Assembly: GCA_028534125.1 (NCBI GenBank)
Contig: CM052849.1
Span: 20,274,001-20,338,000, forward strand
From: Lama glama
Lineage: Eukaryota
DNA: 64,000 nt
Reading direction: 5' to 3'
This document shows positions 12,200-24,270 of the stretch, one piece after another (the stretch's first letter is position 1; each line of letters opens with the position of its first letter). The notes beneath the pieces are model-generated. The model made no database searches. It was given only the letters and a program-made list of their open reading frames with translations, and was not told the DNA's origin. A program made the position numbers and the translations under genes.

Positions 12200-14400
12200 C
12201 GAGTCACCGGAGGCCTTTCTAAGCCTCTGATTCGTATTCTCTCAGACTTAACTATAAAACCAGTGCAACCCGATAAGCTGACATCTGGGGAAGATTGTTC
12301 AGTAACAGGTTGCCAAAGCCTGCAATATAATGAGAGCACTAGGATTCACACTGGGTGAGAAGACAAGTTTGCAGTTTTCCTCAAATCTCCAAGGGAAAGG
12401 ATAGAGGTGGAAGAGGAAGCGTCCAGACAGGAAAACAGGCAGGTTGTCCTCCACGGGGGCAAGGAAGCAGCTGGCACCTCGGACTCGCATCTGCAGCATT
12501 AAAGCCAGCGGTCAAGGTGCGTCTGAACTTTTGAATGAACAGTGTTCTGAATGCTGGAGCAGACATAGCCTTACCCACGTGTCAGCACTCAGAAGTAATT
12601 AGAGACAGTGAGGACAATGAGAATGTTTCTTATCAAAAAGTTATCAAATGCAGTGAAAACTTAAAAGAGAAACCTGTAGCCTTATATGCTTCTGTTGGTA
12701 AAGAAAAAATAAAATAAACCTTCAACTCAGGAACCTAGGAAGAAACTATAAAGTGAACCTAAGGAGGCAGGACAGGACAGTTAATAAAAACCAAAGCAGA
12801 AATCAGTGAGAAGATGACAGAAGACCCATAAAACTGACGGTCGTTGTGTCAGTTTAATGCAGGGGGAAAAAGCAAACGGAGGTGCACAACATAATGAGGG
12901 AGAGAAAAAGCACAGGTGTGTTTTAAATACACAAGAGCAAGGTGCGTAACTGAATCCAAATAAATTTGGAAATAACTGAAGAAATTGTCCAAGAAAATAA
13001 GTTGCTGAAGTTGTCTCAAGAAGAGGCAGTAAAACGCCCCGTCCGTAGCCATGAGAGAAAGCACCGGTCGACGAAACTCCTCTAAACCACGCAGGCTGGG
13101 ACAGAGCCAGGTCAGGGCACCTCCCTCCAGAAGAGGAAAGCCTGCGTGGGGAGCCGCCCCGGAGCACCGGGAAGGGAAGTTAGGAAGCCCTCGAGCCCCC
13201 GTCCGCTCGCCCCCCACGGCTTGGCAGCTCGTAGCCCACAGTCCCCGAGAAATCGCAATGGCACACCTCAGGCTGAAGCCAGCCGGGAGTGGCAGTGACA
13301 GCAGGCGTGCACAGGCAGGGTCCGTCCCAGCAGTCCCCCCAGAAGGCCTCCCGTGGCACTGCACCGCGTTTGCGGACAGGCGCTGAGGACGTGCCAGCGT
13401 CTCCTGACGGTTGTGTGCTGAAGCCTCTGTGGTGTGACAGGCAGGGATTGTTGTTGGAAAACAGGCTCTCCGTTCTGAAAGAGAATGTATTACCGCATCT
13501 GACAGTGATGGTGGTTCCAGGCAGACTAGGTGCTTAAATGTGAAAAATAAAGCCATAAAAGTGGAGGGAAATAAAGTAGCGTTGTTCTAGTTTAGAGTTA
13601 GAAAGGACTTTTTGAGAATCAAAGTCATAAATGGTAAAGGAAGACGACTGGGTCTGTTGGGAGCTGGGCCTGTGCAAAGTTGTGAGACGAATACCAGAAT
13701 GGTGGTGATCGCTCACGTGACGAGATGAAACGCTGAAATCCTTGGGGGGAGGGTACAGTTCAAGTGGTAGGGCGCGTGCTTAGCGTACATGAGGTCCTGC
13801 GTTCAGTCCCGTTTCTCCATGAAAATAAATAAATAAGCCTAATTACCTCCCCCTGCCAAAAAAAAAAAAAAAGAAAAACTAAACTAAAAAAAAAGCTTAA
13901 GAAATGTTAAAATCCTTGCTGTGTAAAGAACTCTCACAAATCAGTAAGAAAGGACAGTCACTGCAGTAGAAAAGCAAAGGACGTGAAAAGATGGTTCACA
14001 AAGAAGAAAAATAGGCGGTCAGTGAATAAGCATTTGAAGTACGCGCTCATGAGCAGCGCACTCTCCTGTGCCTCTGACCTGGGAAAGTTAGAAAGTAACG
14101 GAGAGGGTGTGGGGCAGCCAGCCGGACACCCACGTTGTCCCCGGCACGACGCGTCGTCAGGAGGAGGCAGTCCCCGACTCTCACTGTGGCTGCCCTCCCC
14201 CCACAGACACCCCGCTCACCAGGGTGTCTCGACAAGGCTTGTGAGCTGTCAAAGCTGGAGAATTGAGGACAGTCGTGGGAGACTGAAGTAAATCGACGTG
14301 TCCCTACTGAGAAGTATTTTTGCCGTTTTTTAAACGATCAATATTGACATGGAAATATGTCTCTGTACTGTTTATATGGAAAGCTATTGCTTACTAAGTG
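12200..14400 (+). mobile_element. Old, fragmented L1 (ORF2 to 3' region)
   Basis: A-rich L1-like blocks (12590-13030, 13520-14060, e.g. 'gaactctcacaaatcagtaagaaaggac...gtgaaaagatggttcacaaag'); no intact ORF; ends approximate. Confidence 0.65.
13745..13900 (+). mobile_element. tRNA-derived SINE, camelid Vic-1-like
   Basis: GGGGGAGGGTACAGTTCAAGTGGTAG...GCTTAGC...GAGGTCCTGCGTTCAGTCCC...AAATAAATAAATAAGCCTAATTACCTCCCCC plus A tail; 18-bp TSD 13727-13744 / 13901-13918 with 3 mismatches. Confidence 0.88.
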
Positions 14401-15494
14401 GAGACAGCAGGCTGTGTATGAAGCTGCACTTTTTGTGCGTTTAAGCACACACATACATATTCAGCCCTGGGAACCATCCGCCGGTTATGTTCAGACAATT
14501 TTTTTCCCCAAATCTGAATTGCTGTTGGCCTTTTATTTTGTCCACCCCTGTTTTTAAAGTTTCCCACAGAGAATATATATTACTTTGGAAAGGAAAAGTG
14601 GTAAAACTTGCTGCCTCAAGAATGGACGCATATTTGACGCAGTGGATGGAGGACTGGGGACTGGGGATTCATCGCCGAGTGTTCACTGAGCCTCTGCTGC
14701 CCTGGGCCTGGCTCCCAGCCAGTCCTGCAGGCCTGCCCTTTCCGGGCCCGGAGAAAGCAGACCACACACGGCACAACAGGAGAAGAGAGGCGTGGAGGGG
14801 AGAGCCGAGCCGGGCCTGTCGTCCAGGTGTGGGGAGGGCAGGGCCAGGCCACCGGGCAGAAGGGCCATGCAGAGGCGGGCGGGAGAGGTGGCCCTGGTGG
14901 CCTTCGGAGGAGCTTGGGCTTCGTCCTGACCCGGCGGGAGCCATGGCGGTGCCTTTCACGTGCCACGGTGGGCTTTGCAAGCAGGAGTCTAGGTGGAAGC
15001 GGTCGCTGGGTGACTGACTAACTCCAGGAAGGACGCCATTCCCGACCCCCTGCCTTCCAGCTGGCTGCAGTGGGAAGGCTCCCTGACCTGCCTGGCCTCG
15101 GTTCCCTGCTCTGTAAGCACGGGCCCCTCTCCTCGGCTTGTGGCTATTCTGTGCAGGTGGCCTGTCCACTCCGCATGCTGGCTAGTCGATGGTTCTGCTG
15201 AACCGCTGGGAAGTGTGTGTGGAATGCCGGTGCTGTTTGGCACTGGATGTGGCACGCGTTGCACTGTGTTCCAGAAGCTTTCGTTTCAGTATGTTGATTG
15301 CTTGTGTAATTTGGAGGAAGAGATTGTTTGGGAGTAATTGGTTTAAAAATAATTTTGTGATACAATACTTTAGCCCCAAGTTAACTTGAGTAATTTTGAT
15401 TAACATTTAAGTGAAGTTTTCTCTCCTTTTAAATGTTTCTTTGACTCTAGTTTATTAAAGAAATTGTAGTACTAGAGGCAGTTAAGAATTAATA

Positions 15495-15790
15495 TTATGA
15501 GGGTTTCTTCTTACGGAAAACCTGAAGCAAGCGCAGAAACGGAGCACAGTGTAGTAGTCGCGCCCAGCACCCCGCAGCCCGCACCGGCTTGGCGTCCCGC
15601 TCCCGGGCCAGCCGCAGGACTGACCTTCCTCTGTAACCCTCAGTGCAGCCCAGCCCCAGAATGTTCTGAAGCGTGTCCCCAGCACCGTAGCACTGTACCC
15701 ATCCCACCTTGTAGCACACGTGTCTCCGAAAGATAAGGACGGTTACCGTAGCCACAGTAAAGTGGTTCGGGTTGACTCTCCTGGCAGAGC
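15495..15790 (-). mobile_element. L1MC/L1ME-like 3'UTR fragment, GC-shifted
   Basis: 'tgttctgaagcgtgtcccca...gtgtctccgaaagataaggac' resembles an old L1 3'UTR in antisense. Confidence 0.45.
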
Positions 15791-16981
15791 AGAGTTTTAA
15801 TCCCACGTTAGATCTTCGTTTTGGGGTGGTTATGGAGGTGGACCCCATGACCAGGGTCAGTGCAAGTGAGTAACGTCGCAGAGTCAGCACGGAGACTCGT
15901 TTTGCCCCCTTTTTGTTTTGACTTATAAAATACCACTTTAACAGCCTGGGGGGTGCTGTGTTGCTTGGGGTGATTGCTGACGGAAGGTGATGCTATTTCA
16001 GAGACCCGGGTTATGTAACACGCTTCAGGCCGCACTTGGGCTTGGAATCGTGAGGCGCTGAAAGTGAGGAAGCTGTGGGGCAGCTGGGCAGCCTCGCCCG
16101 CAGGCGCTTCTGGAACCTGCCTTTCCTAGCCCAGAACCCACGTCCCTCCCTGAGTCCGCTGCACTTAAAAAGCGCCTTCGTTGTGGTTGACTTGAATGTT
16201 TTTCGTAAGTAGTAATTCATGGTTTTTAAAAATACGGTATCTTACTGTGACCAGTTAGGTGTTGCTGAGAGCCATTTACCACGTGTCTGGGGAGGAAGGT
16301 GAGCGACGACGAGTGGATGGGAGGGTGGGGGAGAAGACTGTTTCCTTCTGGGCCTTTGTATTTCGCTTAAAATCTCCAAATATTCTCAGGGAGAAAAATT
16401 GAACCACCTGAATTTTTATTGCACTAGGTTTAAGTTTTTCTTACAGGTGCAGAGAACAGTCTGACATAGCGCCTAGCACAAAACGGGCACCCGGTCAGGT
16501 GTTGAGTAAAGGAGCAGATTCTGTACCTTCTGCTGTGTAAGAAAAGGCTCCTTTATGTTGTTGGGGTCTTTTTAAAACTCCTTTTACTAGTGGAGTTGCA
16601 TCTTGTGCGTACTTATGCAAACTCAGCCATCTGCTGAGCCCAGAGAACAAGGAAAACACCAATGAAAACTGACCGTTTACCACTGCGGCAACACCAGCTT
16701 GCACTCAGCACGGGCACCCCTGACGCGGCCCAAGGTGGAGCCAGCCCCGTGCAGGTCCCTGTGTCGGGCTTGGCGCACGTGATCTGCTTCTGAACAGCCC
16801 CTCTTTGACGTCACGGGCACTCCTTGCTGCCCCAGGACCTCCCTCTGCGTAAGATATGGCTCCAGTTGAGACACTACCCCACCAGCTGATGCTTGCGTGG
16901 ATAGCGGGGCCGTTGGGGGTCTCTGCCCTGTGCTTCCAGATGCCTAAAGCTGTTACCACCATTCTCCCCTTTTCTCAATAG

Positions 16982-17212
16982 CTTCGTTTGCTCCAATAAG
17001 CTTTGCAATCAAGGCCAAAGAAAATGATCTGCTTCCCCTGGAAAAAAACCGAGTTAAGCTGGACGATGACAGTGATGATGATGAAGAAAGCAAAGAAGGC
17101 CAGGAAAGTTCTAGCAGTGCTGCAAACACGAGCCCGGCAGTTGCCCCGCCCTGTGTGGTTGCCGAGGAGAAGCGGCCTCAGCTCACCCAGGAGGAGCTGG
17201 AGGCAAAGCAAG
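16982..17212 (+). CDS. SFSWAP: SFSWAP exon (approx. 12)
   Basis: ttttctcaatag|CT TCG TTT...CAA G|gtttgt; [38 protein letters not shown]...QEELEAKQ; this frame has no ATG, so it is absent from the ORF track. Confidence 0.95.
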
Positions 17213-18233
17213 GTTTGTCAGTATGTTTTAACTGCTTGAAAGAAAAAAGTGCGTAAACACAAGGTTAACCTAGTAAGCCGGAGCTGAGGCTGCCGGTAGA
17301 CTCCAGCCTCTGCGTGCAGAAGCACGGGGCTTGTCCTCTGCTGGCCTGGTGAGCACTGCCCTCCACTGAGCTCGGGCACAGTGCCCTGGGCAGTTTGCTT
17401 TCAGAGGATGAGTTGGGAGTTGGCCAAGAGTGCTTTAATGGCAGCCTTGGGGCAAATGCTGGGTTAATGTACCGGGCTAGGAGGTACCCTTTTGTGAGGC
17501 TGTCTCCCTGCTGGGGCCCAAGCTCATCTTCTTGGGTCACAGCGGCGTCCCCGCTCGCCTCTGATGCACGGCCAGCAGCGTTTTTGGGGACCGTCGTGTG
17601 TTCTATACCTGCTCCAAAATAAGTCATGTTCTGCAGTAAAGCAGGCAATTAACAGTTGCATTTGCAGTTTTTAGTCTGTTCTAACTGGTTTTTGAGAGTT
17701 GCTTTTTCTGTGTATACAACAAACAGATCAAACAACACTTTTAAAAGGTAGTTAATTCTTGGACCACAGCCTTGCCCTGGAGAGCGTGCGCCGTGCTGCA
17801 TGCCTCTCCCTCAGCACACCTGTGTCCGCGCGCGTGCATCTGCGTGTGCACTTACTGTGCGTGAGCTAAGCCTGTGTCCGAGCATTGGGGAGAAAGCGCT
17901 TGTCCTGGTGTGTCCACTGCCTGCTGTGACTCTTGGGCATGTGGCCTGAGGTTTTCACCCTTCCGGGTTCCACTGGTATGGAATCCCGTCAGTCTTTGGG
18001 CGCTGATTTTGAAAGTGCAGTTTGGAGAATACTGTTAATAAGCAGTATAAACCAATTCAGAATTGCCTTTGCCCAACCCATTCACCCACCCTGGAGTCTG
18101 CATCGTGTTCATCTCTTAAAGTAACTGCATCACACCTCGTGACCCTTTTCCCGCCTGTGAAAGTTAAGATAGCAAGATAGTTATGAAACACTGCGTGCTT
18201 TGAACGTCATCTTATCTTTGTTTATTCCTTAAG

Positions 18234-18424
18234 CAAAGCAAAAGCTGGAGGACCGGCTCGCGGCCGCCGCCAGGGAAAAGCTGGCCCAAGCGTCCAAAGA
18301 ATCAAAGGAGAAACAACTCCAGGCGGAACGTAAAAGGAAAGCGGCCTTGTTTTTACAGACCTTAAAGAACCCCCTGCCGGAGGCAGAAGCCGGGAAGGCT
18401 GAGGAGAGTGCTTTCACTGTGGAG
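18234..18424 (+). CDS. SFSWAP: SFSWAP exon (approx. 13), coiled-coil-like
   Basis: tttattccttaag|CA AAG CAA...GTG GAG|gtaagg (uncommon AAG acceptor); [50 protein letters not shown]. Confidence 0.95.
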
Positions 18425-18584
18425 GTAAGGCCAAAGGGTCCGCGCTAGTGTTCAGGGCAAAGCACGGTTGGTGGCGGTACCTGGGGCAGTGTCCCCGTCC
18501 GGTCAGCTCCGCGGCCCGCCTGGAGGCTGAGTGCTCCCTGCCGCTCTCCCCGCTGCCTTCCGCGGGCCCCGCTGTGCGCTGTTC

Positions 18585-19021
18585 CAGGCCGACCTTGGAG
18601 ATGCCGTGGGCTCCGCTCCGGACCGCAGGAGCAGAGCAAGTCACGTGCATTTTTTGGTTTCCCAGTGCACATAAAAGTTGTATTTACACTATACTGCGGT
18701 CTGTTAAACGTGCAGTGGCATTACATCTAAAAAAAGTTACGTATCTTAATTTTAAAATCTCTTATTGCTAAAAAAATGCTAACCAGCATCTGAGCCTTCA
18801 GCAAGTCATGATCCTTTAGCACTGGTCACGTCACCGATCACAGATCTAATCGTGAAAAAGTTTGAAATATTGCAAGATTTACCAGAATGCGACACAGAGA
18901 CATGAAGTGAGCAAATGCTGTGGGGAAGACGTGCCGATAGACTTTGTCAACGCAGAGCTGCCGCAGGCCTTCGGTCTGTAGGAGTGCAGTGTCTGAAGTG
19001 CGCTAGGGTGAGGCTTGCCCG
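18585..19021 (-). mobile_element. Internally deleted Tigger1-type DNA transposon
   Basis: Both Tigger1 ends are recognisable ('ttggtttcccagtgcacataaaagtt', 'aaaagtttgaaatattgcaag...gacacagagacatgaagtgagca'); degenerate TIRs caggccgacctt...gaggcttgcccg. Confidence 0.82.
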
Positions 19022-20432
19022 TGCCGTGCGGCTGACTCAGTGAGAATCCGGTGAAAATGCCCCGTGATGCACGTCCACGCCGAATACCGGGTGCAGCCTC
19101 AGAGACACGGGCCCCAGGCCCCGGTCGGGAACCCCTGCTCTGTGGCGGCCCTCGTGGGAAATGGAGGGAAGCCTGGCCTGAGGGGCTCGCCCCGCGCCGG
19201 ACCAGGCTGGCCGCTGCCCGGAGGTTTGAGAACTGTAATTTTTTAAAAAGTAAGTAAGGTATGGTCACCGTCATCTTCTCTTGAAGGGGTCCAGTCCTCA
19301 CAGTTCTTTCCTGAGCTGTAGGACCAGAACGTGGCCCCTCTGGCCCATTTCCTCCCTTCAGATGGGGCTGGGACACTCAGAACAGCGCCTGTGCCATTTC
19401 TCCAAGTGTCTCCTGCAGCTGCCTTCTCCCCATAACACAGAACAGGCCCCACGCCTTTTTTACTTTAATTACCTTGACATTTCTGAGAGTCTAGAACCAT
19501 TCTTCAAAACTCACTTTTGTTGCCTGTAGCCACTTGGTTTATTTGGTTTTTCCTTGGAAACAGCTTTCTGAGCTCAGATTTTCAGCATTCTGTTGAAGGT
19601 CAAATCAGCATTCTTACCTCAGAAATCAGTCTGAAATTCTCTCAGATCTGGCCTCAAGTAACAGCAGGACTAGACCAGGGAGAGCAGGGAGCATCTGTTC
19701 CTGCGCGAGCTTGCCCACAGTGGGCTGCGCCGTCCGGGGCGCCCCGGGCGCCTCACCAGCTCCAGCTGCAGGAGCTGCTCTCGGGCCAGTGCTCTGCCCC
19801 GCCTCGGAGTGGGGCTCCCCCAGGGCGCGGTGGTGTCCCCCACTCTCCCCGAGGCCCTTCCAGAGGCAGCCCCACCTGGGAGGGCCTCGCTGCAGCCAGT
19901 CAAGGCAAAAGCAGGTGCGCCCAGACAGCACCCACAGCGCCCCCCCCCCCCCGGCTCTGGAAGGGCGTGTGCGCCAGCACAGGGAGGAAGCATGCAGCAA
20001 CTAAACCCATCACTAGCGGAGCCGCTTCAGGTGGGCTCAGGGTGGGGGGTGTAAAGGGGCCCCACCACTAGCAGAGCTGCTTGAAATGGGAGCAGGGGAG
20101 GGGGGGTGTAAAGGGGCCCCAATTTCAAGGCTGCAGCTGTAAACCTCACGCGCGCAGCAGGGCGGGGGCCAGGAGCAGGCTGTCTTCATTTCCTTTACTG
20201 TTTCCATGTCGCTTGTGCAGTGAGTGAAGGGCTTAATTAAAAGACATCTGCGTGTACGGATCCTGTCACCTATTGTCTTAAGTGGCTGCATCTATACTTT
20301 CGTGCACTGTAATGAAACTCCATCGCAGCCAGAATCGTCAGTCTCTAACCCAGTTTTCTCACTTTGCCGCGTTGCCTCGTCGCAGGCACCAGGTCACTTC
20401 CTTACAGCAGAGTCGGCTGTGACTCACCTCGT

Positions 20433-20434
20433 CG

Positions 20435-20466
<32 letters not shown>

Positions 20467-20480
20467 TGCGCGCGCGCGCA
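20433..20480. repeat. Compound (TG)n(TGCG)n(CG)n microsatellite
   Basis: About 48 bp of alternating purine-pyrimidine sequence. Confidence 0.95.
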
Positions 20481-21089
20481 AGTGAGTGTTCGTGCTTCCT
20501 GTTCAAGTCACTGGGCGCATCTTCACAGATTTCTAGTAGGAGGATCGCAGCTACTAAACCGTTTCTGCAAAAATGTAATAATGGTGGTGGCAGATGACGA
20601 TGAATGTCTTTAATTGCTTTGAAACAGAAATACAGGAATTAAATTGGCAATTGTCGTAAATGAGATTCACACTTGGAAACACTGCCAGCCAAAGCTGCTT
20701 GTGGAGACAGGTTACCCTGACTCCGCCCACTGTTCTGTGTGCACTTGACTCACAGGGCTGGCCCGGCTGACCCCACCGCACAGGTGTGCGGCTTCAATGT
20801 CTGGGGGAGCTTGAAGTGGGATGGGGTCGGCCCCTTGGGAGTAGGGGGCACCCCCGGATCCAGATGAGCAGACACCGTGCATTCAGAAGGCCTCGCTCAG
20901 GTGTGGCAGGGAATTCTGTCATCTGGCGGCTTAGGGAGGGGCACTTTGTGTTTTCACTTTGCTTTCTATAAGAGCAGTGTCTGTGTGATTTTTGAAGTTC
21001 AAATGCCAGAGAAAAGTGTTAAATGAAGAGTAGAAGTTTTTTCCTTCTTTTTGCTTTTTTTAAATCCCTGTGGAAGTTTCCATCTGCAG

Positions 21090-21430
21090 CTTATTTTTTA
21101 TCGTGTAAAACAGACACACATGCTACTTACATGTCACCCCTTAAGCGTCAAGTACCTCACACTGCCATGAGGCCGTCACCATCGCCAACACCAGGACCTC
21201 ATCTTCCCAAACTGAAGCTCCGCCCCCCTGAACACCAGCCCCGCCCCTCCCCCAGCATGGGCCCCACCGCCCTCCTTCTGTCTGATTTGATCGCTCTGGG
21301 AGCCTCAGGGGTGGAATCGTGCAGGATTTGTTCGTTTCTGACCCGCTTGTCTCATGTTGCAGGATGTCCTTCCTTTTGAAGGTGACAGATACGCCATTGA
21401 GTACATATACACACACCACATTTTGTGTCT
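21090..21430 (-). mobile_element. L1MB-like 3' fragment
   Basis: 'catcttcccaaactgaagctc...gtggaatcgtgcag...ttccttttgaagg...caccacattttg'. Confidence 0.65.
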
Positions 21431-24074
21431 TGTTTTCTCCAGGGGAAAAAAATCTGTGTCTAGATTTTAAATATTTCGTGTGTTTCATTGGACCAGACCC
21501 TGTGCATTATTCTCGTGTCTTGCTTTGTTCACTTGCTACCCCCTTGCTCTTTCCCTGTCGGAGCAGTGCTTGGTGTGTAGCAGACGCTCGGTGAGCGTTT
21601 ACTGGCTGAGTGGCCGTCAGGCCTTCCCTGTATCGGCCCGTGAATCGCCCCGAGGGCACGTGCCACAGCTTGCTCGCCCCGCCTGCCACCGTCCCGGGGT
21701 TTTGGCGCCGGAGCAGGTGCTGCCTGAGTCTTGCCCGCTCGCTGCAGTGAGTACGTCCGCAGGGTGAGTACCTGACCCTGGAACTGCTGCTCAGACTTAG
21801 ATACTGCGACTCTCATCCCTCGCACGATTCCTGCAGGGGGCTTGGGGCTGGGTTTTTGTTGTGTGTTTGTCTCTGTGGTGCATGAAAATAACTTCCTTCA
21901 CGCCCCTGCCAGCATCATCAGCCTTTAGATCTGGTCCGCCTGGTGGGTGGGGAAGTGGTATCTGTTTGGTTGGACTCACGTATTTGAGTCCCGGTTGACG
22001 CCGAGTCACTTTTCACGTGTCTCCTGCCTTTGTGTCCCCGGCAGGAGCCTTTGCTCTCCTCCCGGCTGCCTTGTCTGTCTTTGTCTCTCCTGGTTTGTGT
22101 CAGCTCTGTGTCGCCGTATCGACAGCATTTTCCTCTTTGTCCTTTTAATCTGCACCCGTGGAATGTGCTTCAGTTGGAGGAGCGCGTGGCTGGCGCGGCG
22201 CAGCGCAGCTCGCTGAGCCGCCCGTCGTCTACCCGCTAACCTAAGGGGCCGCCTCCGCTGTGCGCCCGCTCTGCGTCTGCGTCCTCGTCCATTCGGTTCC
22301 GTCCACCTGTTTGTTAGGAGAGGCGGTTTTCCACGTGCAGGTCTGACTTTAAATGAGGTCTTCTAAGTGTGTTTAATGACACGGGTAAGTGTGAACAGTG
22401 TGCTGCACGTCTGAGCAGTGTGTGAAATACGTAAAATGCCAGGGAGCACTTAGAAATTCACACAGGCACCGCCCCACTGTTGGTGTGCGTTTTGTTGTGT
22501 GAGGTCTTCATTCAAAAGGAAGAGACATCGAGCCTTGAGCTGAGCCATGCCATCACTTCCACGGTGAAAACAGACTTCAAGGTAGTTTCTAGGTAACAGT
22601 CACTTTTTCACGTTCACGATCCTGCCACGTTTGCAGGTCCAGCTGGAGTTGGAAAAGGAAACGGGAACAAAAGTCAAGCTGTGTTTGTCGAGCCTCTGTT
22701 CTAATTCAGGGTGCCTTGGGATGTGAATTAGGAGCCTGTTTCTTATCCCGGGACTGCAGAATCACACGTGTGTGGGTACCCTCTGCCCGTGAACGTCTCC
22801 CCCAGGACATCTCTGCCAGGCACCGAGCAGCTCTGAGTGTGTGGTGAGGCCCCAGGCCCCAGGCGGGCAGAGAGGGCGTGGGGCCCTGCCACCCCGCCTC
22901 CCAGAAGAGAGGGGTCTGCCAAGTGCTTGGGGGCCGGGCGGGGCCTGGGGGAACCAGGACAGTTTGGAGAGGTGACAGCAGTAAGGGCACGCCAGGCCAA
23001 AGACCCCTGTGGTGGAGGCAGGGAGGCTGGCATGATCCAAACCCAGACGGGCGCTGCAGGCGGGTCTGGGAGGGGTGGAGCCGCTGCAGGACAAGCAGGG
23101 ACGCTGAGACAAGCAGTGCTTCCCCGCCTCCCTCCGCGTGGACGGGTGGAGGCGGACAAGCCAGCGCCCCCGAGTTGGGTCCAGCTGGTTAGATGGAGGG
23201 AGAGGGTGCCAGCGGAGGGGGAAATGCAGAGCCATCCTGGAAGGAACCTCAGCAGTCAGGCCCGGGCTGGCGGTGGGACCGCTGCCGAAGCTGGAAGGTC
23301 GTGCCCGGTGACTCTTGAGTGATAATCAGGTGCAGGTTTGAAAGTGCAGATTTAGAGGCCGCATCGCCAAGTCTGGTTTCAAACGTATTTTAAAAACTTG
23401 AGTCTTTTATATATGTATCCCAGTTCGTTGTTAGTGTGGTGTTACTTCAGAAATAAGATTCTGTTTTGAAATGTATGTTAGCCTGCTTTTGCGCAGTTCC
23501 TTTCCCACAGCAGGAAGTAGCAGCCGCTGGCTGTGTGCTGGTCTGCAGGTAAACACGCTTCGTGGTGCAAGGCTGATCGATCGTGCTTTCTAGCGTCACC
23601 AACGTGGGGGACGTAAGGTTTTAAATATCTCTTTTTTTTAGCTAAATGCTTATATAAATGACTCATTTTCCTAAAGTTCCTCCTTGATTTCACCCCGTCA
23701 CTCCTCAGACCAGCCCGTGTCCTGCCCTCCCCCATGATGGTTTGTGCTTTGATCTCTTTTGCTGAAATATTAGCACTCTGTCCCAAAAAGGCCGCCTGTG
23801 TGTTTGACCCTGGTCGACAACGCAGATCTGTTCTGCCCCCCTGCAGGCACCGCAGGCCGCCTCTCACAGGTCACCGTGTGCAGAGGCTCAGCCAGTGCCT
23901 TCAGAAACCAGGCGAGGAGGGTGTGGAACTGGAGGGAGGGTCTTGACTCAGCAGTGTCTTTAAGTGTCTTCCAGGTTATTTATAAAACTTATGATATAAA
24001 TTAGTGAAGCAGTTGACTCTTTCTGGTTAAGCCAGAAAGAGCATTTGTAGTGAAAGTGGTGATTTTTCAGGAAA

Positions 24075-24270
24075 TGCCCTGTGCAGTAGAGGGGCCACAA
24101 GCCACATGTGGCAATTTCAGTTTAATTTAATCGCAGTTCAGAATTCAGGTCCTTGATCACACCAGCCACCTTTCAGGTGCTCAGCAGGCGTCTGTGGCCA
24201 GGAGCTCACCGCAGCAGACAGTGCAGAAACAGGGCGCTCCCACCTGCGGCAGGTGTGGATTCGGTAGCCG
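24075..24270. mobile_element. MER3/MER33-like hAT-Charlie MITE
   Basis: 'gccacaagccacatgtggcaattt...ccagccacctttcaggtgctca...tgtggccag...gacagtgcag'. Confidence 0.6.

Noticed and set aside
13745-13820. tRNA-like A/B boxes
   Set aside because: These are the head of a SINE with an A tail and TSDs, not a tRNA gene.
19081-19095. GAATACCGGGTGC resembling the 3' end of 5S rRNA
   Set aside because: Only about 13 nt match, with no similarity upstream.
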